A stretch of 64,000 nucleotides of DNA, from NCBI RefSeq assembly GCF_006345805.1, contig NC_042997.1:76632001-76696000 (forward strand), written 5' to 3'. The position numbers and the translations under genes are program-made. The stretch's first letter is position 1; the number at the start of each line of letters is the position of its first letter. Under the pieces are notes generated by a model that worked only from the letters and a program-made list of their open reading frames with translations, was not told the DNA's origin and did no database searches. Source of the stretch: Octopus sinensis (lineage: Eukaryota). Positions 1 to 11,130 of this stretch are shown here, one piece after another.

Positions 1-590
1 TCGTCACATGTCTTCTGCAGGTTCCATCCACTGTGAGTGATTGGCATTTCTTTATGCAGCTGGCCTTCATTCATAAGCATAACATATCCAAACCATTGTA
101 GTCTTAGCTCTTGCATGCATCACTTGATTTCTCTTATGCCTAACTTTTCTTACAACATATTTGCATTTTGTTATACATGCATTCTGATATTGCACATTCA
201 TCAGAGCATACCAATTTCATTCTTCTCCAGTCTTCAGATATGCTCTGCATTCAAAGCTGACATCTCATTACCATGGAGCAGAACTATGTAACAAAAACTC
301 TGTACTGCATCTAGGAAGCTTCCTGAGTATTTGAGAAAATCTAATTCCTGTGTGATCTTAGTGTTTATTGCTCCTGAACATCTGTGACATACAAAGACAC
401 CCTTACATCTCTTATGTGTCCATAGTATTTACTGGGTGCATGAAATTTCATTGAAATTCCACTACACGTCTTTGTATATATGAAGGATTGCTGCAAAGTT
501 TCTGGCTTTAAAAGTATCATGAAAGGCCTGGCTGGAGGTCCAACATTTCGAGTTCTATTACAGGGCTTGGAAAAACTGAAGGACCACTGC
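1..590 (-). mobile_element. Degenerate RTE-clade LINE 3' fragment
   Basis: Reverse strand translates LLHGNEMSALNAEHI*RLEKNEIGML**MCN...LRLQWFGYV, homologous to the intact RTE C-terminus at 58833-59510 (MLHGSETWAVTAEDMRKLARNEASMLRWMCN...RLRWYGHV). Confidence 0.75.
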
Positions 591-679
591 AATAAGTGTG
601 TGAATCTGAGAGGGGAATATGTTGAATAAAATCATAATTAACTGATCCTCCTGTATTTTCTGTTACCCAAATCCAGATA

Positions 680-2460
680 TTTTTCAGCACCCCACGAGAA
701 TGGGCCCCAACTATGCAAACCTATTTGTTGGCTATGTTGAGGCCCAAATATTCTCAAGTTTCACTGATCCCACTCCTGATCTATAAGGTCATTATATTGA
801 TGATTCTATCGGTGCGACCTCACTCTTCTTCAAACATCTAGACTCTTTCCCCTCTTTTGTCAAATCTTTCCATCCTGCCCTCCACTTCTGCACTATTTCC
901 GACACCTGAGTTACCTTTCTCGACATTTTGGTTAGCATTCATCACACCACTCTCACCACCTCAATCTACTACAAACACACAAACTCACACTTATACCTTA
1001 ACTTCTCCTCCTCGCCCTAAAAACACCAAGCTCTCCATCCCATATTCCCAATTCTTCTGTCTACGCAAGCTCTGCAGTGACAACCATGACTTTTAGACTC
1101 AGTCTCAACTCATGGCTCACCACTTCATCCTACGTGGATGTCCCCTCACCAATATCCACACTGCCCTTGCCGGAGCATGTTCCGTGGACTGTGCATCTGC
1201 TCTCTCCCCCCGCACCCACCCCACCGTCTCCTGTTTCCCCTAACCTACCACCCCACCACCCTACCTCTCCAATGCACCATACTCCGAGCCTTCTGGCGAC
1301 TCCAGTCCGACTCTTCCACTTCGCACATCTTCCCTAACCCAACCTTCCAACCCGGCTCATTCTCCTGCTCCCACCCATACTGCTGCACTTGTCCTTACCT
1401 CTCCAACACCACCTTCACAGGCACCCATCATCGGCACTATCATACTGACTCCTTCACCTGCACTTCTAGCAATGTCATCTACTGCATCGCCTGCTCTCTC
1501 TGTCCTCTATACATCAGTCAAACGGGATGCTGCTTGGCTGACCAGTTCGCAGAACACCTCCAAGACATCCAACTCGGCAACAACACCCTGGTCTTGCACC
1601 ATTTCCACTTTACTGGTCACTCTTTACAACACCTCTCTGTGTTCATATTGTCCTTGCACAGGGGCCATCTGGACACCCGTCTTCGCTGTGAGCAGGGATT
1701 AATCTTCTCTCTTCGCTCCTTTGCACCACATGGGCTCAACTCTCCTCCCCTCTTCATCTAACCCTCCTCCTCTCTTCCTCCCACCCACCTCTCCTCTCTT
1801 GCTCTGGCACCTACTTCCTCTCTTCACTCCTACTCACCTCCCTTCCACCCTCTCCCTTCATCATCACTCCTCCCTTTTTACTCCATCCTACACATTCCAA
1901 CCCCACCATCCCTATACATCCCATCCCACTCCACCCCATCCCTTAGACCCCACTCTTGCTTCGCCAACTCTCGCCTCCCCCACACCCCAACACCACCACA
2001 CCACACAACACACCACCTTACCACACATTACACTACCCTGCACACACTAGCATAGACCACTTCTCAGCACCCACACTAGCACTGACTACTTTCCAGCATC
2101 TGCACCATCATCCACACACCTACACATGCACATGTTAATGTCACCAGCCTCCTTCCACATGCTCTCACATACATATGCACACGCACCTTCGTTTTGGGAT
2201 CACCACTACTTTATTATCTCCCCTTCTTCCTAGCTCTCTTGTGTGACCCCTCTGTCTGGCATTCACCATGATAGATCATTGGTCACTAAACCTTTTTCTA
2301 TTTTCTCTCCCTATTTATTTCTGTGTTCCTTTCTGTCGAAGAGCATAGGCTCGAAACGTAAAAGACTTTCTCACTTCCTGAGCATTAAACTAATACATCT
2401 CCTTGTTGTTTACATACCCGTCTTTGTCTTTTGTTTCTTTGTAAATTCTCACTGTATATA
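680..2460 (+). mobile_element. Penelope-like element 1: RT remnant, GIY-YIG endonuclease and 3' terminal region
   Basis: RMGPNYANLFVGYVE and HYIDD RT motifs at ~697-805. ORF 1138..1761 contains CTCPY...FTCTSSNVIYCIACSLCPLYISQTG...EH...EQGLIFSL...PHGLN, the PLE GIY-YIG signature. Stops and frameshifts are present. Confidence 0.85.
2329..2364 (+). ncRNA. Minimal hammerhead ribozyme-like motif (A6U core variant) in the PLE1 3' repeat
   Basis: CTTT-CTGTCGA-A-GAGC(atag)GCTC-GAAA-CG-TA-AAAG: 4-bp stem I, 4-bp stem II, palindromic ACGT stem III, GUA cleavage triplet. Confidence 0.6.
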
Positions 2461-2568
2461 TTTTAATAATAGGATAAAATCTTCATAAGAATTTATCATG
2501 TAGTCAGCGTGAAGAACCTCATAATAGAAAAAATTTATGGTTTTTTTTCTCTTATATATATATATATA

Positions 2569-3692
2569 CTAGCTGAAGGTGACCCGCTCTACGCGCGGGT
2601 AAGAGTGTGGGTGTTACTTTCAGTTGCTTCCTTTCAGCACGTAAAAAACACCAACCGATCGTTGCCACTGCGAACCCCCCTGGCACCAGTGCTGGCGGCA
2701 CGAAAAAAGCACTCACTACACTCACAGAGTGGTTGGCGTTAGGAAGGTCATCCACCTGTAGAAACACTGCCAGATCAGACTGGAGCCTGGTGCAGCCTCC
2801 TGGTTTCCGAGACCCCGGTCACACTGCCCAACCCGTGCTAGCATGGAAAACGGACGTTAAACGATGATGATGATGATGATTCTCTGTATTTGTTTCTCTC
2901 TCCTTTCTCTCTCACTTTCCCACTCTCTTCTTTTCTTTTCTCTCGGACTCTCCCTCGCTTTCTCTTACTCTCTATCTTTATCTATCTCTCTCCCATTTAT
3001 AAACAACAGTAGATCTTGAGTAAGTTGAGAAATAAAATATTTAGAAAGATCAATCAGAAATATGAGGCAGTGGCAATGGAAAGGTCTGCTTCAAGGCAGA
3101 CAGCAAAATGCTAACATTTAAAAGGGACAGACGAACTTGCGAGCTGAATAAAAATAATAAAATATTGGAAACCAAAGTTTGAAGGAATAGAATCTGAGGA
3201 TAGTAGAGTCACCATGGCTGGCATTTGTTAACGACGGACAGCAACGTAGTGACAGTTTAACGGCTGGTGTAAAATTTTGAACTTGATGTAAAAGAAAATT
3301 CGTAAACACCAAGTTTTGAAGTGATTCTTTCTCACGACAGTAGACTCACCATTGCAAGCATTCAAAACTTCTTTATCATGGACGGCAACACATTGACGAT
3401 TAAAAGGCTGGCGCAAATTTTTTAGCTTGATGTAACAGAGAATTCCTAAACACCCGCTCCTTGAAATTTTAATCCCCTTCCAGCCCCATTTAGTCCCCTT
3501 TTCACATTTTGGTTAATATAACCCGATTTCATTCGGGTCTACTGGGGCCACATTTTATAAGATGAGAAATTTTGTCCTAGAGGTGACGCCTTTCATTTGA
3601 GGAACAAAATAGTTGTCATGCAAACTTGTCAGCACCTTTAACATAGGTGTGCATATTTTCAGCTGAATCGACCGACTACGTAATGCACACAT
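2569..3692 (-). mobile_element. Non-autonomous Helitron (family A) carrying an RTE 3'-UTR fragment
   Basis: 3' CTAG at 2569-2572 with hairpin ACCCGC-tctacgc-GCGGGT 9 nt inside, in a (TA)n tract. An inverted homolog lies at 61215-62389. RTE tail ending (gat)n at 2636-2880. Confidence 0.75.
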
Positions 3693-3859
3693 TATATATA
3701 TATGTGTGTGTGTGTGTACGCATTATATATACAAATGTATACAAATGAGATATATATCTGTATAAATTAAATTAGAGATAAAACCACTAATAGGCAAATC
3801 AAACAGTGAAAAACCAAAAACAAAAACATAAAAAAAGAAAATATAACATAGAAAATATA

Positions 3860-4363
3860 TCTATATATATAAAACTGTAGTTGTGTGAGTGTCTGTCCCC
3901 TTCGATTTAGATTCCTAACTACTTCCACACTTTGCGGTGCAGTGTAACCAAAACCGGGTATCTTATAGTCGTGATTCATATCGAGCCCTTCTGGGTATTA
4001 GCGCACGTCTACAATGAGTCTACGATTTAAAAAAAAATTTACCATCATTTTTTATTCCATTTTAATGCATTTTTCGCTATTATATAAGGGAAGTAACTCT
4101 CTAAAAATGTCTACGATGAGTCAACGATAAAAAAAAAATTACCATCATTTTTTATTCCATTTTAATGCATTTTTCGCTATTATATAAGGGAAGTAACTCT
4201 CTAAAAATGTCTACGATGAGTCAACAATTTAAAAAAAAAATTACTATCATTTTTTATTCCATTTTTAATGCATTTTTTGCTATTTTTTTTGCTATAACTC
4301 ACTAAAAATGCTTATATAGTTATTTCCCTTACAAACCCGAGCAACGCCAGGCGATACTGCTAG
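3860..4363 (+). mobile_element. Non-autonomous Helitron (family C) with internal ~100-bp tandem triplication, nested in an AT-rich repeat (family B, ~3760-4480)
   Basis: Starts TCTATATATATAAA, ends cccgagcaacgccaggc-gatactg-CTAG, inserted between A and T. Units start at 4007, 4109 and 4209. The flanks together match 56870-57160. Confidence 0.8.
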
Positions 4364-4689
4364 TAAAATATAAAATTGAAAACTTTAAATTATTTAAATT
4401 GAAAATAAAAATTATTAAATTATATTTATAATTTGTTTAAAAATATATATAACTATGAAAAAGTATGAAAAAGTTTAATATACATAAATACAGATATATA
4501 CACTTTGTATATATACATTATATATACATATTTATATATAGAACACACACACACACACACACATACATTATATATACATATTTATATATAGAACAAACAC
4601 ACACACACACATATAAATGAACGCAAGAATATCTGATTCATAATATTTGTTCTCATGCTCGTGTGTTGTTTGTTGGTGACAGACATATA

Positions 4690-5019
4690 CTTAAAAGAAC
4701 GCCGCCGAAGTGATAGGAAGGTAGGAAACGGAGTCAGTGAAAAAGAAAGGAAATAGCGATAGTGACAGATACTTTAAATAACGGTAGTGGACTTCTGAAA
4801 GTTATGAAGGGGAGTAAGAGAGGGAAAGGAGGAAATAGGGTGAGTGAGGAAGATGGCCCCTAGCAACCACACCTTTTAAGATAGGGATTTCTAAGGTAGC
4901 CCATGCGCATCGTCACCTCATTCTACATGTCCCTGTAAATTTTGGAGCGAATCGGACGGGATGTAGTGGCATTGAAAGCGATCCAAGCGGTAAAAATGCA
5001 TTTCAGTTTTATATATAGA
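4690..5019 (-). mobile_element. Helitron-like 5' portion (family D)
   Basis: Reverse strand starts TCTATATATAAAACTGAAATGC. Inverted homolog at 60535-60850. Confidence 0.6.
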
Positions 5020-5059
5020 AGATGTATATATATATATATATACTGGCAGAGATACACAA

Positions 5060-5322
5060 CTTTACTTGTGGCTATGCTGGAGCACTGCTGTTGGTTGAGT
5101 GAATCAACGACAGGATTTATTCTTTGTAAGCCTAGTACTTATTCTATCAGTGTCTTTTACCAAACTGCTAAGTAATGGGAATGTAAACACAGCAACATCG
5201 GTTGTCAAGCATTGATGTGAGTGGAAACACACACACACAAATATCCACATATATATGACAGACTTCTTTCAGTTTCCATGTACGAAATCCACTCACAAGT
5301 CTTTGGTCAGCCTGAGCCTATA

Positions 5323-5325
<3 letters not shown>
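5060..5325 (-). mobile_element. tRNA-derived SINE fragment (CORE-like family)
   Basis: Matches the fuller copies at 34950-35335 and 54962-55378 (gctggagcac...ttattctttgtaagcctagtacttattctatc). Confidence 0.7.
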
Positions 5326-5357
<32 letters not shown>

Positions 5358-5788
5358 TCCATATAAAATTTAGATTCAGATGAATATGGTACTTAAGTTG
5401 AGGCACCAGAATTTAGTATGGTATTATCCATACCATTTCAAAATAAGGTGGTAAAATCAAAATAAGCAACAAGGATATCCAGAGGTAATGCAGTATGATT
5501 GTTTCATGCAACTCCATTTAATTGAACAATGCAATCATTTCAGTACATCAATTTAATATGTAGAGCAATCTTCAGCTGCACAAAGACATAGAATTTAATT
5601 AAATTAGAACAGAAGGACACATTAGTACAATTTTACCTAAGATCTCATAGTTGTAGGTACAACATGCTCTTTTTCTATCTCCTTAACTTCTTTTATATAT
5701 ATATGTGTGTGTGTGTGTGTATGTATATATTTATAAAAAAGAAGTTTGAAAACACCACTATATAAGATAAAGTTTAATTTTCTGAGAG

Positions 5789-5836
5789 ATTTTACGTTTC
5801 GGTTCTTCTTGAAAATAACGAAACCTTATCAAAAAT
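5789..5836 (-). ncRNA. Minimal hammerhead motif, U3-A8 core variant, in the PLE2 terminal repeat
   Basis: Minus strand: ATTT-TTGATAA-GGTT(17 nt)AACC-GAAA-CG-TA-AAAT. The cognate at ~9871-9918 has lost G12 and the CG. Confidence 0.65.
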
Positions 5837-5974
5837 ATTTTTAAAAGTTAAGTGTAATAAAAAGTTTGTAATTGTTTCTTACTAGTTTCAACAGAGTCCA
5901 CGTGGTGGTGTTTTGTGTGTGAGAGCATAATGGCTGTCTTGTGTATTGACTAGAATTGTTGGCTGTAATAGTGA

Positions 5975-6330
5975 CCGTTGGCCTTAATAGCAGTAATAGT
6001 AGTAGTAACTGTGGTGGTGGTGGTGATTGGAGTTGTGGCAGCAGTTCATTGGCTGTAGTAGTAGTAGCAGCAGTAGTGGAAGTGGTCGTTGGCTGTGGAA
6101 GAGACTGTTAGTTGTTGTAGTAGTAGTGACCGTGATGGTGGTAGTGGTTGGAGTTATAGCAGTCGTTCATTGACTGTAATAGTAGTAGTAGTAGTAGTAG
6201 TAGTAGAAGTGGAAGTGACCATTGGCTGTAATAGCAGCAGTAGCAGAGACCGTTTTTTGCAGTAGTAGTAGTAATCATGGTGGTTGGAGTTGTAGAATTC
6301 TTTTTTTTCTTTTGGCTGGAGTTGTAGAAT
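5975..6330. repeat. Degenerate (GTA/GTG)n-rich minisatellite with ~125-140-bp units in the PLE2 3' region
   Basis: Recurrent ggtggttggagttgtag...cattggctgtaatagtagtag blocks at ~6015, ~6140 and ~6280. Confidence 0.6.
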
Positions 6331-9300
6331 TCCTTCTTTCTTTTTGGATAACCAATATATTGTTTTAATGTTCCTGGCCCAGGGTGTTTAAACTTTGTCC
6401 GAATTTTCTAATGAAATGAAGCTCTTTGTTATGATGTTGAGTGAAAGTTACATCATTATTGAATTAGTAAAGTGGGAAAGTTGTGAATTTTGGACTTTTA
6501 TTTGATTCACATCTGTCTATGTGGCCGCTGACAGATATTTTCCTGTATTCAGGATTCCTAATTTGGGATTTATGTACTGCCATCCTTTTTCATAGGCTGT
6601 TTTTTGTATGGCCAATTTATTGCCTATTACACCCTGCGCATGTTATCACGTAAATTAAGTTTTCCGATGCACAGGTGAAGTTTGTTCTTATGGTAAAATG
6701 ATGGCCTTGTTCTAATGTGTATTCCAAACCTTCTACTAAGATGACACAGATCCTGCAGTTGGTCTTTTCACATTTTTAACTGTTGATTTTTGTGGTTGTT
6801 ATTGGGTGCAGTTTAGCCTGAGTTTAAATCTTTTTAAGAATTTTGGTTGCCATTTACTTTTTATGATGGTGTACGTTTGGAGGATTCAGTTCATCTTTGG
6901 GTCTCTCTTGAGTAGGGCTGTGTTTTGGAGTATGGTGTTGAAGGCCTCATTTTTAAGTGGGTTGTGTGTAGAGATGTAGGGTAGGGTTTTTAATTTTTCT
7001 TCCTTTTTTGGTTTTGGTTGTCTCAGGTCTTCTATATTTAATTTAAGTGCTCGTTGGATTGTATTGTCTATTAGGGGTTGTCGATAATTCCTATTTATAA
7101 GTGTAGTTCTGAGTTCCTGGAGACATGTGTGTTGAGTGTTTGTATCTGATACTATGGTGCAAATCCTTCTGGCTAAACAGAAAGGGATATTCATTCTTGT
7201 GTGTCATGAGTCAAATGGTAGGTACTGCTTTGAGTCTGTTGGTTTATAATAGATATCCATCTCTATTTTATTGCCGACTTTCTTAATGAGGATGTCTAGA
7301 AATGGTAGTTTTTCTTGGTTATGTTCTATCGTGAATTGAATATTTTCATTAATTCCATTTAGTAGTATTTTAAATTCCTCAAGTTTTTCTATACTTTTAT
7401 CTCAGAGGATGAAGCAGTCATCGAGATATCTTTTCCAGTTGTTCTGGATATAGGTGGAGAAAGAGTTTCCATATTTCTCGAGTGTTTTCTGGTAAAGTAT
7501 TATTTTGAGGTAGCCCATTACTAGGTTGGCAAAAGAAGGTGCAGTACATGTACCCATGGCTGTTCTCGATCTTTGTCTGTAGTAGTCATTATTAAATATA
7601 AAGTAATTGTTTTCTAAGATAAATTTCAGTCCTTCTATTATGAGTCCTTTATTTATGTGAGTTGGAAGTTCAAAGGAGTAGTTGTTTAGCCAGAAAGTGA
7701 TCGCTTCTATTCCTAGGGTGTTTGAATAAAGGTTAATTATGTTGAAGGATACTAGCAGGGTTTTCTCATTTACTATTATTGAGAGGTGGTTAAGGAATGT
7801 CTATATTGTCTCTTACGTAGCTTTTGATGTGCTTAAGGAAAGGTTTCAGAAGTGTGTCTAAGAAGTAGCCGAGGCAGTGAGTTTTGCATGCTGGGCTTGC
7901 TAGCTATTATCGGTCTAAATCTAAGTCTAAGATCATTCGGTGAGGGGATTTTGATGATTATGTCAGTAGTTTTTTGCATGCTTCACTAATTATTTGGCTT
8001 TTGTGAACTTTACGGACATGGTAGAATAAACTTGATTTGCATTTGAAATTGGTGATGCAATCGTACTCCTTGTCTGTGAGTCCCTCATTGTATGAGTTGG
8101 TTAATGTCCTGAAGTTATCCATTATTTTTGGTCGATTATAATGTTGGGCCCTTTCATAGTATGTCTCATCTCCTAATAGAGATAGTACTAAATTTTTATA
8201 ATCATTTGTGTTCATTAATACTACTACGTTGCTCTTATCTGCCTCCTTGATTGTTAATGGTTTTATCTTCTCTTAGTTTGATGAAGTTGTTCCATTCTCT
8301 TTTGTTGAAGTTTGGTCTGTATTGTTGCTTATTGGTGAGTTGAAAAGGGAAATTGGTTATGTGATCACAAAAGCGTTTTAAGGCTTTACTCTTTCCCTTG
8401 GTAGGGGTGTAATCGCTGTTGTTTCTAGCTATTGATTTGTCATCCATTTGTTTGCCATGAAATTCCTTGGCATGTCTTAATTTCCTACAAAATTCTGAAA
8501 TATCGTCTTTCATTTCATAGTAATTTGGATGTTGTGGGGTTGCAGTAAATTTAAGTCCTTTGGATAGTATGCTTATTTTGTTAGGTGTAAGGTCTTTATT
8601 TGAAAGATTGATTATTTTAATTACATGTGATTTCTTTTGTTTGTCCATCTCCTGCTGTTGTAATTTTTAGAGTGGGTTTGTGGTGCTCTGTTTTGTAGTG
8701 TGTTTTTGTACCTCATGTTCCGTCTTAGTGTATCAGGTATATTGTGTTGGTAAGTTGTTTCTTCTGTAATGTGTTTGTTGTTTGTTAAGGTTGTATGGTT
8801 GGTTCCTAGAGTAGTGGTTCGGTAGTTGAGTCTTAGTTGGGTTATGTAGATTGTGGTTCATAGAATTGTGTGTTACATCCCTATGGATCTTGGAATGGTG
8901 TGGTGAGTCCCTGTAGGTGTTTTGGAGTTTGTTTAGGTAGTGTGGGGTGTGTTTAAAATGTCTTTCTTTGGTATGGAGTGTATTTAGATTTCTTGGTGGT
9001 GGTTCCATTCTGTTTGGTTTTGTTTTTCTTAATTATATGAAGGGTTTGTTCAGTTTTGAAGTTGGTTTCATAATCCAAGAACCAGTTGGCACACATTTCC
9101 CATCATAGGAGGGACTTTAGTTCCTCTTTTTCGCATTCTTTCCATAGTTTAAGTAATGTTTCAGTATTGATGTCGTCTGTTAGTTTGTTAACTTCTTCGT
9201 TGATTTCCTCATCTATGGTTTTTACTTTTTCTTCATTCGTCTTAGCTCTCAGTTTTAGTAGTTCAATTTCCAGCTTCATTTTTTCTAATGACTTTTTTTC

Positions 9301-10585
9301 TCTTAGTCTTCTGGTTCTTCCAGGATGGGTTTTATTTGTAATTTGTGGGGTATGATTAAGGGTATTGAGTTCAACCACTTTTGGTAAATCTCTGCTTTAT
9401 TCTGATTTTGTATCATTTTCCAAAATGCGAATTTTCTGTTTCACTGCAGTTTTCTCCATTGTGGAATGACTTGGTTTTTTATTTGTAATGTTAAAGCTAT
9501 TGGGTTCTTCCCATGTGGTCCTTTGTTTTGTTGCCCTTGTTTTGTAAAGTTTGTAAAGAATGTCTTCATTGTATCGCATAGATTTCCAAGGTTCTTGTAC
9601 ATTTCAGAGGGAGTTTTCTTCATTGTGTAGAAGGACGAGGTGTTGAGTTTGTTTAAGACTGTTATTAGGTTTGAGTTTATGCTCTCCAGTTCTTTTAGTA
9701 TCTCTTCATTTATCAAGATGTTGTTGGTGTCTGTTTTAGTGGGCATTTTCGGAAGCTCATACATGATATGATATTTATAAAAAGTGTAGGTGACATATGT
9801 GTGGGTATATATTTATAAAAAAGAAGTTTGAAAACGCCACTATATTAGATAAATTTTAATTTTCTGAGAGATTTTTACATTTTGGTTCTTCTTGAAAATA
9901 ACGAAACCTTATCAAAAATATTTTAAAAAGTTAAGTGTAATAAAAAGTTCGTAATTGTTTCTTACTAGTCTCATCAGAGTCCACGTGGTGGTGTTTTGTG
10001 TGTGAGAGCATAATGGCTGTCTTGTGTATTGACTAGAATTGTTGGCTGTAATAGCAATGGAAGAGACTATTGGTCGTAGTAGTAGTAGTCACCGAAAATT
10101 ATCCAAAAACTTACAATATTTAATGATATCAAAGGGAAATGGAAATTAATAGAAATTTTCATTTCCAGTGGCCTAGCGTGTAAAAATTTAGTCCAAAGAC
10201 TATGTATTAGTCATAAAATACAAATACATATAAAATATGGTTTTTAAAAGTTGGCATTTTTTTATTGCCGGCGAAGGACTGTGTCTGCGCAGTAGATTTT
10301 GAAAAAATTAGGATGTATAAAAAGTAGATCACCTTGTGTTTATATATTTAATCTAAGGTGTACCTGTTGAAAATGATTTCACCTTGCGAGTAAAAGTTAT
10401 TTACTTGCTAAACTAAAATCAGAAACCAATTGGTCCAGGAAATTAGATGGTAAAATGTTTTTATTTTTTCATTTCATTCCTGTCGAATTTTAACCCTAAT
10501 TTTGTGGTTATAGAATCTAGCTGTTCTTTCTAGCGGGTTGAATCCCATGAGTGGATTCCTTATGTGTTTAAATGTACACTGTATG

Positions 10586-10647
<62 letters not shown>

Positions 10648-10754
10648 GTGTATATATAAAATACAGATTTTCTACGCCAGTGACTGTGGTTACTGTGAAA
10701 ATCTATATATACCCAGCCTGCAGAGGAAGTCCCTCAATGAAGAGCGGTGCTTAC

Positions 10755-10797
10755 CATACGTTGACAAGAGGCAATAACCTCGAAACCGGTCCGTGTG
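10755..10797 (+). ncRNA. Minimal type I hammerhead ribozyme, U3-A8 core variant
   Basis: CATACG-TTGACAA-GAGG(caataa)CCTC-GAAA-CCGG-TC-CGTGTG: 6-bp stem I, 4-bp stem II, palindromic ACCGGT stem III, GUC triplet with predicted cleavage after 10791. Confidence 0.8.
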
Positions 10798-11050
10798 TAG
10801 TATCCGTATCTTCGGGGAGGCTGATCTCCCTTTGTTGGCTGGCAAGGACACCGAGATGGTGTCAGCTCTTCTGGTGACGTCGATGTTCGCCTGGGGCATC
10901 AGTAACACCCCCACCACTCCGCCCTGACCCTAGCCACATTCAGATGGCTGATCCCTCTTATGTTATAACTTATATATATATATATATATGATTTTGATTT
11001 TTCCAGTTTCAGCTCATGAGCTGTGGCCATGCTGGGGCACCGCCATATAA

Positions 11051-11081
<31 letters not shown>

Positions 11082-11130
11082 GCATATAATATATATATAA
11101 TAACTATATATATATGCATATATATGCATA

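Larger units (their letters stand above)
5724..10054 (-). mobile_element. Near-complete Penelope-like element 2 with ~248-bp terminal direct repeats (5724-5971 and 9806-10054)
   Basis: Minus strand, in order: long N-terminal region, INLSNKDLT..ILSKGLKF, RPII, GTAMGTCTAPSFANL, WKRYLDDCFI, YISTHNP, Cys linker, LIYVITCAGC GIY-YIG. Broken by stops and frameshifts. Direct repeats flank it. Confidence 0.92.

Noticed and set aside
9950-9985. Second hammerhead in the PLE2 repeat (minus strand CTGATGA-GACTAGTAA-GAAAC)
   Set aside because: There is no closing stem II pair, no UH triplet with a pairing stem I, and the other repeat copy reads CTGTTGA.
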